A stretch of 64,000 bases of DNA, taken from positions 7,006,001 to 7,070,000 of the forward strand of contig CDRNVU010000048.1 in assembly GCA_977017645.1 (NCBI GenBank). Reading direction: 5' to 3'. The notes beneath the pieces were generated by a model. The model had not been told where the DNA came from and searched no databases. It saw only the letters and a list, made by a program, of their open reading frames with translations. Made by a program: the position numbers and the translations under genes. This stretch comes from Torpedo marmorata (Eukaryota). Within the stretch, counting starts at the first letter, position 1; each line of letters starts with the position of its first letter. Shown piece after piece: positions 12,800 to 26,396 of the stretch.

Positions 12800-13420
12800 A
12801 AATCAAAACAACCGTAGATGCAAGAAATGAAAGACTAAAGGAGAAAATTCGAGAACAACTCAGTAGCGCAGTCCGTACCTGTGGGAGTGGAAGTAGAATT
12901 AACATTTCAGTTCGTAGTCAGTTCTTAAGAACGGGAAAAAACGGACATTTAAAAGTTGACTGAATCTACAGTGGGAGAGCGGGGGTGTACCTAACGGGAT
13001 GTGACAATGGAAGCCACGGAGGTACGCGGAGAATATTATAGTGACCAATTGTTGAAAAGAAGCAGTTAAGCAGAGAGAGGGTTGAATAACGATTTAGTCA
13101 ATTGCGAAAAACGGAGAAGAATGACGTGCCAATACGTTGGACTGGGCATGTCTTCCAACCCTGAAGTAATAAAACTGGAGTGGGATTTCAGATAACCTTG
13201 TTTCCTCGTCTGTGTCGTCCAACAACCCGTGACCTTAACTTAGTTTGCTTTCTCTGTTCTCATCCCTGCATGAAAGTTCAGGGAATATTCCTCGTGGGAG
13301 TATTCAGATGGTTGCGGTTGACATTTGAAACAAATATTGTAAGTTGGAAAATTTAATTAAAAATGTAGCAATGCTGCCTGATAACGACCGTCAACATTCA
13401 AGTTGAAATTCCGCGTTATA
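12800..13420 (-). mobile_element. Highly decayed Penelope-like remnant
   Basis: 'gtagatgcaagaaat...aactcagtagcgcagtccgtacctgtgggag...taacatttcag' resembles antisense Penelope terminal sequence. Very degenerate. Confidence 0.4.
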
Positions 13421-13602
13421 TCTATCTGTGTTTGAAATTTGGTGAGGTATTCTGAATTTGAAAATGAACTTCTCATTGACGAAAGAGTCGAATCTTCTCC
13501 TTCGAAACTATAAATATCGGCTGGTTTTAAAAGCAACACGAGGCAAGAAAAGCGACTCCCTGCTTCTGAGCGATAATACCTTGATTCAGAATATTTGAAC
13601 AA

Positions 13603-13837
13603 TTTTTTTTTAACATTTAGACATTTCGGTCCTACGAGTTCGTGCCGGCCAATTTACACCCATTAACCTACACACCCCGTACATTTTGAAGGTGGAAGGA
13701 AACCGGAGCCCCCGGAGAAATCCCGCGAAGACACGGGGAGAAGGTACAAACTGCTTACAGACAGCGCGGGATTCGAACCCAGGTCCGGTCCCGATCGCTG
13801 GCGCTGTAAAGGCGTTGCTCTCACCGCTAAGCCAACC
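13603..13837 (-). mobile_element. V-SINE (HE1-like), in intron of gene 1
   Basis: 'ggaaaccggagcccccggagaaatcccgcgaagacacggggagaaggtacaaact', 'gggattcgaaccc' and 'cgctggcgctgtaa'. Confidence 0.87.
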
Positions 13838-13987
13838 TTTAAATGTCTCTTTATTTGGCGCGACGAAAGATCAGCATATTTTCTCGACATAAAATAAATG
13901 TAATAATTCTAACATGTATCCTATGAAGAAAGCGCGATTGAGTGTCCTCTCACGTCAGTGTTTACGACTTTACATTTCCGTTTGCAG

Positions 13988-14895
13988 CTAACTTGATGGC
14001 GATTCTCATCCTCTCTCGTGGAAACTGCGGTTTGTCCAAATGCATCACCCGGTACCTGCTCTCCATGGCCGTCGCTGACCTGACGGTTCTCATATTTGAA
14101 GTCATTCTCTTTGAGATTAAAGATGGTTATTTCCCATTTTCCGTCCTTAACTATACTCCAATCTGTAGTCTCAACTTGACTCTGCTTTTTGATTCCCTTG
14201 ATTGCTCCGTCTGGTTTACAGTGGCGTTCACCTTTGATCGATTTGTTGCAATTAGTTGTCAAACATTACGAGTGAGATATTGCAACGAGAAAACAGCTGC
14301 TGTGGTCGTGACCGTGGTGTCGCTCGCACGCATTTCAGAAAATTCTCCGCTATACTTTATATATGAACTTCGAGAAATGATTAATGACATACCTTGGTCC
14401 TGTTTTGTTAAATCAAGCTTCTATACATTGCCCATATGGACAACATTGCTGTGGTTAGATACAATTTTAACGCCATTTCTGCCATTTACTTTGATTATGC
14501 TGCTCAACGCCCTGACTATAAGACACATTGTAATGGCCAATAGGACGAGGAGTGGCCTCCGAGGGGGAAAGAAGGTTGGGAATAACAGTGATCCGGAAAT
14601 AGTGAATCGCAGGAAATCAATCACGTTACTGCTATCTATATCTGGATCTTTTCTGCTGCTTTGGATGGTCATTTTTGTTTGTTTTATATCCGTGCATTTT
14701 TCACACAATACATTTTTGGAATCGAATTACAAGGACCCGTTCACCATTGCAGAACAATCCGGTTACATGCTGAGATGTTTGAGCTCTTGCACAAACACGT
14801 TTATATATGCGGTGTCCCAGAGTAAATTTAGAAATGAACTGAGAAAGATAATTATGCGTCCCCTGGAACTCCTTTGTGTTACAATAATGAAATGA
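13988..14895 (+). CDS. GPR139/GPR142-like class A GPCR gene 1, coding exon 2 (325 aa after splicing)
   Basis: Acceptor tttgcag| at 13987. Open to TGA at 14893-14895. Hydrophobic helices, MAVADL (TM2), DRF (TM3), TM3 and ECL2 cysteines, NTFIY (TM7), KFR helix 8. Confidence 0.93.
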
Positions 14896-15169
14896 AAGTT
14901 ATTCGTTTCACTCGTTTAAGAAGTATATTCCTAAATGTACAAACGTTCTGTCATTTAGATGCGCATACAGGAATCATCAAAGGAAATCTGAAATGAGCTG
15001 TGTTACGATGGAATAACATAAAATATGCTGAATGATCATTTTAATCGTGTTATTTCACGTCGATGCACGTCACCGCTACGACTGTTATCTTATGATCGCT
15101 GATGTTATTTAATTACTATTTGTTTAAGGCTAAGTACACAAGTGTGAGAGGATAAGTTCATTTCGTGTA

Positions 15170-18100
15170 TTTGTTTTTGTTTTTTTTTATATTTTATTTA
15201 AAATTTTAAATCACAAAATATATAAAGTAAAATATATGTATCAAAGTACTTGTGATACATTTTCACCCCCCCCCTCCCTCCCATCCCTAACCTTCCCATC
15301 CCTACTAAAGTAAAAATAAAAAAGACAGCAAAAGATAGAGTGAGGAGAATGTCAATTTTAAAAACACATCTATAAACTAATTTTATTGTGAAGGATAGGT
15401 TTGCCAGTCAGATCCGATGTCCAGAGATCTTCAAATCCTTAAACCAACAGCCTTCATATATGGGCTTCCTATTTTCAAAAAGAAATGATATTTATTACGT
15501 AAATTATAAGTATTTTTTTCAAGTGGTATTCATGAACGAAGTTCTGCATGCCATCTCTGTAAACCCTAAATCTACATCAGATTTCCATGTAATAGCCATC
15601 CATTTCTTAGAAACAGCAAAAGCAATTCGCAAAAATTATATTTGATACATATTTAATTTCATCTTAGTACTAACTCTTTTAATATCTCCAAACAAATATA
15701 TAATTGGGTCCATTGGGAATGTAATTTTTAACACTTTATCTAAAAACGTTTTAACTTTCAACCAAAAATCATAAACAATTGAACAAAACCATGTAGAATG
15801 TACAAAAGAACCTTCCTCTCTATTACATCTGAAACATAAGCCTGATAATGTCCCATTAAATTTCTTTAATTTTTAGGCGTTAAATATAATTGATGAAAAA
15901 AATTAAATTGAACTAATGTATATCTAACATTAATGATCTTCGTCATACTTAGTTTACATAATTCCTTCCAATGTTCTTCATCTATTGTTACATTCAAATA
16001 TGATTCACATTTTAATCTTGATTTATGAATTCATACTCCAGGGATTTTTCTCTGAAACAGTCGATACATTTGAGAAATACATTTATTTACACCTCCGTTA
16101 GTAACTAATAATTCTAGTTCACTCTGTCTTGGTAAAGTCAAACTATAGCCTAACTTGCCAACTAAAAATCCTCTCATTTGATAATAAGCAAAAAATGTAT
16201 TATTCAATACATTAAACTTATCTTTCATTCTTTGAAAAGTAATAAATTTACCAGCTTCAAAACAATCATTTATTTTCTTAATTCCCGTTTGGAACCATAT
16301 TTTAAATAATTGATTATCAACTGTAAATGGACGGAGTTTATTTTGATATAAAGGCATCTTTCGAGAAATTAACCCTTCCTCTCCTATCTCCCTATCCACT
16401 CTATTCCATATTTCTAACAAATGATTAAAAATAGAATAATTTTCCCTCTTATTAATAATAAGTTAGAATTCCATTTATAAATAACTTCTTCTTTCAGATC
16501 TTATCTGATATTATTCTAATCCAAGCAGAAGACATAGCTAAATCAAACAATTTATTAACAAATTTTAATTGAGCTGCTTTATAATAATTTTGAAAATTAG
16601 GAAGTTGCAAACCACCCATTTCATATTTCCAAGTTAATATCTCCATACCTACTCTAGCCAACTTTTCTTTCCACAAAAACGTCCTAATAATTAAATTTAA
16701 ATCTTTAAAAAAGTTCAAAGGGATTTCATAAGGAATTGATTGAAAAATATATTGAATTCTTGGAAAGACATTCATCTTAATACAATTTACCGTTCCTATT
16801 GAAGTAAATCCTTACAACTGTCTAAATCTTTTTTAATTTTCTGAAATAATGGTAAATAATTTAATTTATATAGATTAGTTAATTTTGTATCAATCTTTAT
16901 TCGCAAATATTTAATTCCTTCCTTTGTCTATTTAAATTGTGTAATTTCTTTACATTTACTCTAATCCCCTTGTGTAAATGCCATAATTTGACTTTTATCA
17001 GAATTAATCTTATAACCAGATATTTCCCCATATTCTCTCAATAAAACAGTCAATTGTATTAAAGAAGTAATAGGTTTTGTCATATAAATCAATACATCAT
17101 CTGCAAAGAAACTAATTTTATGCTCTTCTCTTCCAACTTTAATACTTTCAATCTTAATATCTCGTCTAATTAATTCTGCCAAAGGTTCTATTGCTAAAAT
17201 AAACAATGCTGGAGATAAAGGATATCCTTGTCTCGTTGATCTTGTCAAAGAAAATTTTGAAGAAATTTGTCCATTTGTCACCACTTTAGCAGATGGTTCT
17301 TTATATATAGTTTTAATCCAATTAATAAATGTAGTTCCAAAACCAAATTTCCCAAATACCTTAAATAAATAATTCCACTCTAATCTGTCAAATGCATTTT
17401 CAGCATCTAATGTTAATACTAATGCTAAATCCTCTTTCCTTTTTTTCCACATTAATCAGAATCAGAAATAAAATCAGAATTTATTGTCAAGAACAAGTCA
17501 TTCAATTCGGTGTGTTTTGGCAGCATCATAGTGCAATTAACATTCATATTAACCATCTTACGACATTACTATAAAAATTATAAACAATAGTGCACGAAAA
17601 GTAAGGCAGTGTCTTTGGTTCATTGATTATTCAGGAATCTAATGGCAGCGGGGAAGAACCTGTCCTTGTATCGTTGAGTGCTCGCCTTTAGGCTCCTGTA
17701 CCTTTTTCCCGATGGAAGCAGAGTGAAGAGGGCATGGCCTGGGTGGTGGGGGGTCTTTGAGGATAGAGGCTGCTTTTTTAAGACACCGCATCATGTAGAT
17801 GTCCTTGATGGAGTGAGGTTTGGCACCTGTTATGTCACAGGCCGGGCTAACAACCCTCTGGAGTTTACCCTTGTACTGGGAGTTGACGCCTCCATACCAG
17901 TAAGTGATGCAACCAGCCAGAATGCTCTCCACGGTACAACTGTAGAAGTTTACGACAGTCTTCGGTGACATACCGAATCTCCGCAGACACCTCATAGACT
18001 GCATCAACGTGGAGGCTCCAGGACAGATCCTCGGAGATGTTGACACCCAGGAATTCGAAGTTCTTGACCCTCTCCACTACTGAGCCCTCGATGAGTACTG

Positions 18101-18852
18101 GGTCGTGTTCCCCTGACTTCCTCCTGAAGTCCACAATCATCTCCTTTCTTTTGCTGACATTGAGCTCAAGGTTGTTGTCATTACACCATTCAACGAGCTG
18201 ATCTATCTACCTCCTGTACGCTTCCTCATTGCCGTTTGTGATTCTGCCGACAACTGTGGTGTCATCGGCAAACTTGTAGGTGGCATTGGAATTGTGCCTG
18301 GCCACACAGTTATGGGTATATAACGAGTGGAGCAGTGGACTAAGCATCAGGGTTAATTAAACTAATTAATCTAGCTATATTATCCTTTGAATATCTATTC
18401 TTAATAAAACCGGCTTGATCTACATGGATTAAATCTGGTAAATAATTAGCCACTCTATTTGCTAAAATGTTTGCCATTATCTTATAATCCACATTTAACA
18501 ATAAGATTGGTCTATATAATTCTGTTTTCAACACATCTCTATCTTTTCTAGGTATAACTGTAATTATTGCATTCGAAAATGTTTCCGGTAACGAGTGAGT
18601 TTCCGTTATTTGTTTAAACGCATCCATATATGGATGTATCAATAATTCTTTAAACTCCTTATAAAATTCTGATTGAAAACATTCTTCCCCTGGATATTTA
18701 AAAACTCGTTAAAGAACTAAGAACATCATTAACTTCCCTCATTGAAAAAGACGAATCTAAAAATTCTTTACTTTGTGTATTTAATCTCTGTAGCTGAATT
18801 TTAGATAGAAATTCATTAATTTTAGGATCATCTACATCAATCTGAGATTTAT
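15170..18852 (-). mobile_element. L1-clade LINE family A, 5'-truncated, interrupted by a Rex1/Babar insertion
   Basis: ORFs 16031-16420, 16494-16775, 16961-17452 (FADD) and 18340-18642 are collinear with the 3150-6420 copy. Poly-T tail near 15170-15190. Confidence 0.93.
17457..18351 (-). mobile_element. Rex1/Babar-clade LINE, 5'-truncated
   Basis: 'MIVDFRRK...ERVKNFEFLGV' and '[15 protein letters not shown]'. (aatcag)n tail. 'ttaat' duplicated in the host L1. Confidence 0.9.
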
Positions 18853-19250
18853 ATAACCATAACCATATAACATTTAGAGCACAGAAACAGACCAGTTCGG
18901 CCATTCGAGTCCATGCCGAACACATTCTCCCACCTAGTCCCACTGACCCGCACCCGGCCCATAACCTTCCACACCTCTCTCGTCCATATACCTATCCAAC
19001 TTTTCCTTAAACATTAAAATTGAACCTGCATCTTCCACTTCGGCCGGAAGCTCGTTCCACCCTCCTACCACCCTTTGAGTGAAGAACTTCCCCCTCATGT
19101 TTCCTCTAAACTTTTCCCCCTTCAATCTCAATCCATGCCCTCTTGTTTGAATCTTCCCCTCTCTCAATGGAAAAAGCCTGTCCACATTGACTCTATCTTT
19201 CCGCTTCATAATTTTAAATACCTCTATCTAATCACCCCTCAACCTTCTAG
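18853..19250 (-). mobile_element. CR1 (HER1-like) LINE 3' end
   Basis: ORF 18934-19209 with TRGH and FFTQRVV motifs. (aaccatat)n tail. Confidence 0.92.
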
Positions 19251-20060
19251 TTAGGAGAAATAGGAGAGAATGTATCAGAAGAATTTATATATAAATGGAA
19301 CTGAAGATAACTGGTAGGAGTTAAAGAAACACCATTATTAAAACACTTGATTATTGCTTGGAACAAGATTAATTATGAAATAGGGACAAAAGGGACTATA
19401 TCACCTAAAACGTCATTGATACAGAAGAATATTATACCTTTTACAAAAGATAATATTTTTTTAAATATATGATCACAGAAAGGAATAAAGAATATAGAAG
19501 ATTGTTATGAAGGGTTTCAATTGATGTCGTTTACACAGTTAAGACACAAATATGGAATACTGAATAATTCTCTTTTTTGTTTTTTTCAATTAAGAGGATA
19601 TTTAAGAGTAAAATTAGGCTTGGATATGCTGTTACAAAATTGTAGCAAAGTGTAAACTCTTATTAGGAAAGGAAATACTAAAAAAATTACTTTTATAATA
19701 TATTCCTTGTTACAAAGGAGTGCCTTAAAACAAGGACTTCATAAATATAGACAAAGATGGGAGCAAGATCTTAATGTAATAATTGATGAAAAAAGATGGT
19801 CGGAGTTATGTCAAGATAGCATGACCAACACTATTAATGTAAGCTATAGATTAGTACATTATAACGTTTTACAACAATTATATCTTACACCACAAAAAAT
19901 TGAATAAGATAAAATCTACATTATCAAACAAGTGTTTTAGATGTGGTGCAGAAGAGTGAACTTTTTTTACATTCAACATGGTTATGCTCCAAGGTAAAAT
20001 TCTTTTGCATGGAGTTAGGGAATTTGTTAAAACTAATTACGGGTCTAACATTTCCACCAA
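19251..20060 (+). mobile_element. L1 ORF2 C-terminal fragment (different family)
   Basis: ORF 19707-19907 'WEQDLNVII...YRLVHYNVLQQLYLTP', followed by a 'CFRC...H..W.C' Cys-rich motif. Confidence 0.85.
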
Positions 20061-20305
20061 ACCCGGCCCATAACCTTCCACACCTCTCTCGTCCATATAC
20101 ATATCCACCTTTTCCTTAAACATTAAAATTTAACCTGCATCTACCACTTCGGCCGGAAGCTCGTTCCACCCTCCTACTACCCTCTGAGTGAAGAAATTTC
20201 CCCTCATGTTTCCTCTAAACTTTCCCACTTCAATCTCAATCCATGCCCTCTTGTTTGAACTTCCCCACTCTCAATAGAAAAAAGCCTGTCCACATAGACT
20301 CTATC
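20061..20305 (-). mobile_element. CR1 3' region fragment
   Basis: Near-identical to part of 18853-19250. Confidence 0.9.
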
Positions 20306-21084
20306 ACTATTACCATCTCTATTACTCACAGAAAGTGTTCAGTTCGGAGTCGAAGGGTCTATGAAGAAAAAAGCCACAAAAACTGAAGTTGTTTTTCCTT
20401 GAAACTCAAGGACAATGCTTACAAATATTTCTGTATACTTTGCGGAATCATAAACAACTTAAGCCTGTTGGAACAGAGTTATGAATGTCACATGGATTCC
20501 AAGAAACTGGAGCTGGCAACTGTTAAGACTACAGGAAGTGGTCACAGGTTTTTCAATAATTTGGACTGTTACATGATGTCAGAGACCCATATTATTGAAG
20601 AAGTCAGACATTTTGAAACAGACTGAACCAGACTGGAGAAACTCTGACACTTTGGAAAGACAAAGATTCTGAAGCATTCTGAAGAAAATTTACTTCGTGG
20701 AAAGTCAGGATTTGAGCAGTAATCTCTGCATCGATAGATGTACTGTCTTTGTGTATTTTTCTTATCATAGGAAATACATAATAAATGGCTTATAAAATAA
20801 TAAGACCACTTTCAAATAGTTTCCATTAAAAGAGGACATCACCGTATGATACTCCTGATTAAGAAACAAGTCATCGTGAAGATCACAGTTCTGTAACCCT
20901 AAGAAGATAGGTGGAATCTTGTGAAAACGCTCGTGTGAAGAAAAATATCTCTAAAAGACAACTCATCAAAAGACGTGTGCGTTTGAAAGAAATCGAATGC
21001 TCCATTTTTGCTTTATAATAACTTCTGAAATACAATTTAAGGTGATATTGAGGTTCAACATAAGAAGCTTGAAGCTGAACTTTA

Positions 21085-22212
21085 CTTATTCTTTTTTTCA
21101 ATCTCTTTATTAATTCCATAAAATCATGGATATAACAATTCATTCACTATATACGTTTAAAAATGCAAAGGAATGCATTATCACATGTTCAATTACTCCA
21201 TCCATAACAGAGTAAACATTACAGATATATATAATTTTTGAATTACAATTTTGAATTATAATGCCAATAGATATAAAAAAACAAGCCACAAAAAAAGTTA
21301 ACACAGTAATTTCATCGTAATACATTTTTTATAAAAGCTAAAGCGCTATAAACTTGCCTACTACCTACCCCCACCACAGAATTGAACTGACCTTCAGAGA
21401 TAATATAACTTCAAAGCATGAGGAATCATAAACTCTGGTAATAGTCAATAAAGGAACCACAAATATTGGTAAATTTTAGGTTTAATATAATATTTGAACA
21501 TCTAATCTTTTTCTAATCAGAAAATATTACAGCTATTGTAAGAGAGAGAACGGAAAATAAAGTATCATTATATGCAGGTGACCTTCTGCTGCTAGTTTCA
21601 GATCCTAAAAATTCTGTTCCAGTGATTTTACAATCACTGGATATATTTGGATGTTTATCGGGATAAGAATTGAATTTAGGTAAAAACGAATTACTGCTGA
21701 GAAAATCACCTTATGTGCTACCATTTCAAGTTCATTTTTAGGTAGTTAAAATATTTAACATATCTTGGGGTTAACATTACAGTAAAATTTAATCACCTAT
21801 ATAAAGAGAATTTTTTTCCTCTATTGAATAAAGTTAAAAAATTAACTAAAATGTAGTCTCCGTTAATGATGTCATTAATAGGTCGTATAAACATTATAAA
21901 AATGTATATTTTGCCTACATTTTTGTATGTATTCCAAGCACTTCTAGTATTTCTCCCTGAAGTATTTTTGATCAAATAGACTCGTTAATTTCATCTTTTA
22001 CTTGGAATGGTAAAAGACCAAGAGTAAGAAAGGAAGTACTACAAAATGACAAACCACAGGGTGGTTTTGCTTTAACTAATTTTAGGGATTATTATTGGGC
22101 TACTAACATTATACTTATTAATATTTGGATACATTTTAAGAATTATGAAGAAATATTTAAATGGATTAATTCAGATATTAAGGTTATAGTTAATCATTCG
22201 TTAGTATCTATA
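21085..22212. mobile_element. 5'-inverted L1 inserted in the Gypsy 5' LTR
   Basis: Minus-strand L1 3' end (T-rich tail, LEKIR C-terminus) at ~21085-21516 joined to a plus-strand RT segment ('KVSLYAGDLLL'...'YYWATNI'). Flanks are ttgaagctgaacttta and ttgaaactggacttta. Confidence 0.8.
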
Positions 22213-22466
22213 TTTGAAACTGGACTTTAAAATATACTTTTTTGGATTTAAGTTTAAACTTAAATAGTTTGGGATTTAACACACACACACACGTTTACAT
22301 TTGCACATAGTGGGATTTAAACTGGAGTTAAGTTTAGAGATAAGTAATATATGTTATGTTATTGATAGTTTAAATATAACTATTTATTTAATATACCATT
22401 GTCTGTTCATCTTCCATTGCTGTTCCTTTGTTAGTACTAAGAGGGTTTGTTAGTTCGATACAAAAT

Positions 22467-22484
22467 TGGGTGCTCGTCCTGGAT
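22467..22484 (+). promoter_or_regulatory. tRNA-Pro-type primer binding site of Gypsy 1
   Basis: tgggtgctcgtcctggat versus the tRNA-Pro PBS TGGGGGCTCGTCCGGGAT, 4 nt after the LTR end. Confidence 0.8.
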
Positions 22485-22950
22485 TTTACCAAAGATTTAT
22501 GATCTTAATGGGAGCTTATTTGATTGATTAAAATTCGATTTGTTGGTTAAAATCTTTTTGAAAGCTAATTAAAAGGCTTACTGTGTGTGTGCATAAGCAA
22601 AACAGCAGCAAAGGGTTATGGTAAATGTTTGGTAACACCACGAAGTGTAGATTTGAAAGTGGAGACGTGGTCAAAGACTGAAAAAATTGCAATGATTATG
22701 TTTTAAAACGCAAAACTAAGTGTGGGCCAAGTGAAACTTTCCAAATAATATATGATAACTTTTGGGCATTGTCAAGTTCTGCAGAGTTTCCGAGGGTTGA
22801 GAATGAGGTGTTAAAACCATTTACTGAGTAAATCTTTTGAGCAGCAGTTACAGCTGAAAAAGATGGAGTTAGAAATATTGAGAATTTAGTGTAAGAGAGA
22901 GAAAGACAATAGACAGCATGTGCTGGAGATAGAAAAATTAAATCGAAGAT

Positions 22951-22993
22951 GGAGAGAGAGAGAGGGAGAGAGAGAGACAGAGAGAGAGAGAGA
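22951..22993 (+). repeat. (AG)n purine microsatellite in the gag region
   Basis: Direct reading. Confidence 0.9.
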
Positions 22994-25900
22994 AATTTTA
23001 GGTAGAGGAAGCAGAACGGCAAAGGAGATTTCAGGCGGAAGAAGCAGAAAAAACAGGAGGTTTGAAGATAAAAGGAGAGTAGAAGAAAAAAACGGATGTC
23101 TGAAATAGAAATGAGAGAAATGGAAACTTGGTCAGATTTTGCAGAACTTGCAAATGAGAATGATATAAATTCATATCTTAAATTAAAGCCGTAAATCTTT
23201 TAAAAAGGGACAACATTCTGCTACATTTGCAGATGACAATCACAATGTGAAATGTGTACCCAATAAAATTTTTCAGAAGGTTAACATAAAGTACCAAAAT
23301 AAGGTAGAAAATAAATGGAAAATCCTTTTGGTTTATTTTGTGACTATTGTAAGAAACATGGTCATGTGGTAGAGAAATGTTTTTTCTTGAAGAGAAATAG
23401 AGAACAGAAAACAGTGCGAGATGCTTATATTCAAGGTGGTGAAAACCAGGGAAGTAAAGAAGGTAATTTAAAATACCCGAATAAGTTTGAAGCTGAATGG
23501 GCAATTGTATCCAGCAAAGAAAAGGCTGAGCAAACTGACAGAAAAGCTATGTTTAAAAATTTTGCCAGTGAAGAAAATTATGTACAAATTGATTTAAAGG
23601 GAATAAAAGCTTGTGAAATTCAACCACATGCACAAACAGAATTACCAGCACAGGAAGAAGCGGGCTATGATGACTCATCGGTCACTTTAAATGTTCCTTT
23701 GTTGGAACATAAGTCCAGAATTAAACTTGAAAGTAATGACTGTACACAGCAGATGAAAGTGGATTTGTCTTTTTTCAGAGAAAAGTTAATAGAGAAACAG
23801 AATAACGAAAAAGATATTGCTGAAATCATGAATACAACACTCTCTGATGAGAAAATTAAGAAAGTACCAGTTGGTTACTATTTTTAAAAAGTAATATTAA
23901 TGAGAAAATAGAGGTCAGTTGATATTACGCCTAATGAAGATTGGGGTGTTGTTCATCAGTTTGTGCTTCTTAAAGATTATAGGGATGAGATTGTAAAACT
24001 AGCCCATAGCACACTTCTAGGTTGGCATCTTGGGGTAAGGAAAACTACCTATAAAATTATGAAACAATTTTATTGGCCTAATTTAAGAAAGGATGTTAAT
24101 AGATTTTGTAGGACCTGTCGCACTTGTAAAGTTGTGGGGAAACATAATCAGAGTCCACCTGTTGCTCCTTTAAAACCTATTCCTGTTTTTGGGGAACCGT
24201 TTTCTAAAGTTATTGTGGATTGTGTTGGTCCATTGCCCAAAACAAAAGCTGGAAACGATTATGTGTTGACCATTATGTGTGCAGCTTCTAGCTTTCCGGA
24301 AGCAATACCACTTAGGAACATTAAAGCAAAAAATGTGCCTTGGCGTTTGGTGAAATTTTGCACTTCATTTGGTTTGCCGAAAGAGATGCAATCAGATCAG
24401 GGAAGTAAATTTATGTCAGGTGTATTTCAACAGTTAGCTTTTCAATTGGGAGCTAAGAAAATTACATCATCTACGTATCACCCAGAATCTCAGGGAGCTT
24501 TGGAGAGATTCCATTCGACTTTAAAAACTATGTTGAGGAAATATTGTTGTGAGAATGAGAAGGATTCAGATGGAGGTATTAATTTACTTTAATTTGCAGT
24601 AAGGGAAACAATACAACAACTGTTATATTTAGTTATTTTTAATTAGTGTTTGAACATGAAGTTAGAGGACCTTTTATGTTGATGAATGAACAGTGGTTTA
24701 ATGAGGATGTGCAGTTGAATTTGTGAGAGTATGTTTCGAAGTTCAAATATCGTTTACAGAAGGTCTGTAAGATAGCAAAGGAGAATTTAAAAATGGCTCA
24801 ATGTGATATGAATGTTTGGAATGACAGAAAAGCCAGAGGGAGAATACGTAAACCAGCCGATAAAGTGATAATTGATTTTACAACAACATCTGATCCTCTG
24901 AGAGAACAATTTTGAGGACCTTATTAAATAGAATCTAAGGTAAATGAAGTTAATTTCGTGGTTAAAACTTCTGATGGGAGACGTGAAAAACAGAGTTGCC
25001 ACGTTAACATGTTAAAACATTATTTTGAGAATCTGGATGTCAGCTGGAAGGAGCTTTCACAAGAGGTATTGATTGTTGAGAAAATTGAGGAGGTTATGGA
25101 TCATGCCGATCCCTGTGAGAGCCATTTTAAAGAGAACATTGTTCCAGTTCCTTTGCCTAATTTAAGTACATTGGAAAATTTAGATGAGATGTTGCTTCAT
25201 TTGAAACCTCAGGAAAAGGAACAAACTAAACAGTTAATTTTAAAATTCAAAAATTTATTTCCGGATGTGCCACAGCGAACTTCCATCGCTTGCCACGATG
25301 TTGATGTTGGAGATTCAAATCCTATCAAACAGCACCCATATAGAATGAATATTGATTGGTGTAAAAAGGTAGATCAAGAGATTGAGTACACGTTAAAGAA
25401 TAATATTATTAGACGTTCTACTTCAGATTGGAGTTCACCTTGCGTACTGGTACCTAAATCAGATGGGACAGTTAGATGTTTCACTGATTATAGAAAAGTT
25501 AATGCAGTGACAATAAAACAGATGCTTATCATATCCCAAGGGTGATTGATTGTGTGGATAAGATTGGAAAATCTACCTTTCTTCCAAAAATATAGATTTA
25601 TTCAAAGGTGACTGGTGTGTCCCTTTAACAGAAAGAGGAAGGGAAATTTCTACTTTTGTAACCACATCGGGTTTACATGAATACAATGTTTTACCATTTG
25701 GAACGTAGAATTCTCCAGGAACATTTCAAAGGACGATTAATTCTGTGAGTCAAGATTTGAAACATACAGATGCTTATATTGATGACTTGGTTACAGGGAA
25801 TGATACATGGGAAGAACACATCTCTGCGTCAGAGAAATTGTTTGAAAAACTTTTGAAAGCCAATCTTACTGTTAATTTAGCTGAAATTGAATTCTGTCAT

Positions 25901-26396
25901 GCTAAGGTGACTTTCTTGGTTATGTTGTTGGCCAAGGAAAAGTGGCACCTGTTCAAGCTAAAGTTCAGACAATTATTGAATATCTTGTACCCACGGGTAA
26001 GAAAGCTGTGGGGATATTTCAGGAATGGTTGGGTAATCCAGAATGTTCTGCAAAAAAATTGCAGAGATAGCCGTTCCTCTGACTAACCTTTTAAAGAAGA
26101 GTGACTATGATAATATTGACAATCCAGTGGCATATGTATCTAAGTAATTCAAGGAACACCAAAATGAATATTCTACTATTGAAAAGGCATTATTGCCTCT
26201 TGTATGGGCTTTGCAACATTTTGAGGTTTATATTTGCAATGAAATGAAACATATAAATAGACGGTAATTCAACTGGAGTTTAATTTTGCAAGATTATGAC
26301 TTAGTAATAACTCATATTAAAGGCAACGAAAATGTTATTGTTCATTGCCTGTCCGGATATTGAATATACGTTATTTCCGCAAGAATTTTTTTATCA

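Noticed and set aside
13942-13987. ORF-track N-terminus of gene 1 (MSSHVSVYDFTFPFA)
   Set aside because: It has a non-ATG start and consists of the intron's pyrimidine tract and acceptor. TM1 is completed by the exon at 11007-11076.
3150-18852. Segmental duplication unit (receptor plus downstream antisense L1)
   Set aside because: The two L1 copies are clearly diverged and their flanks are not similar, so independent insertions are more likely.
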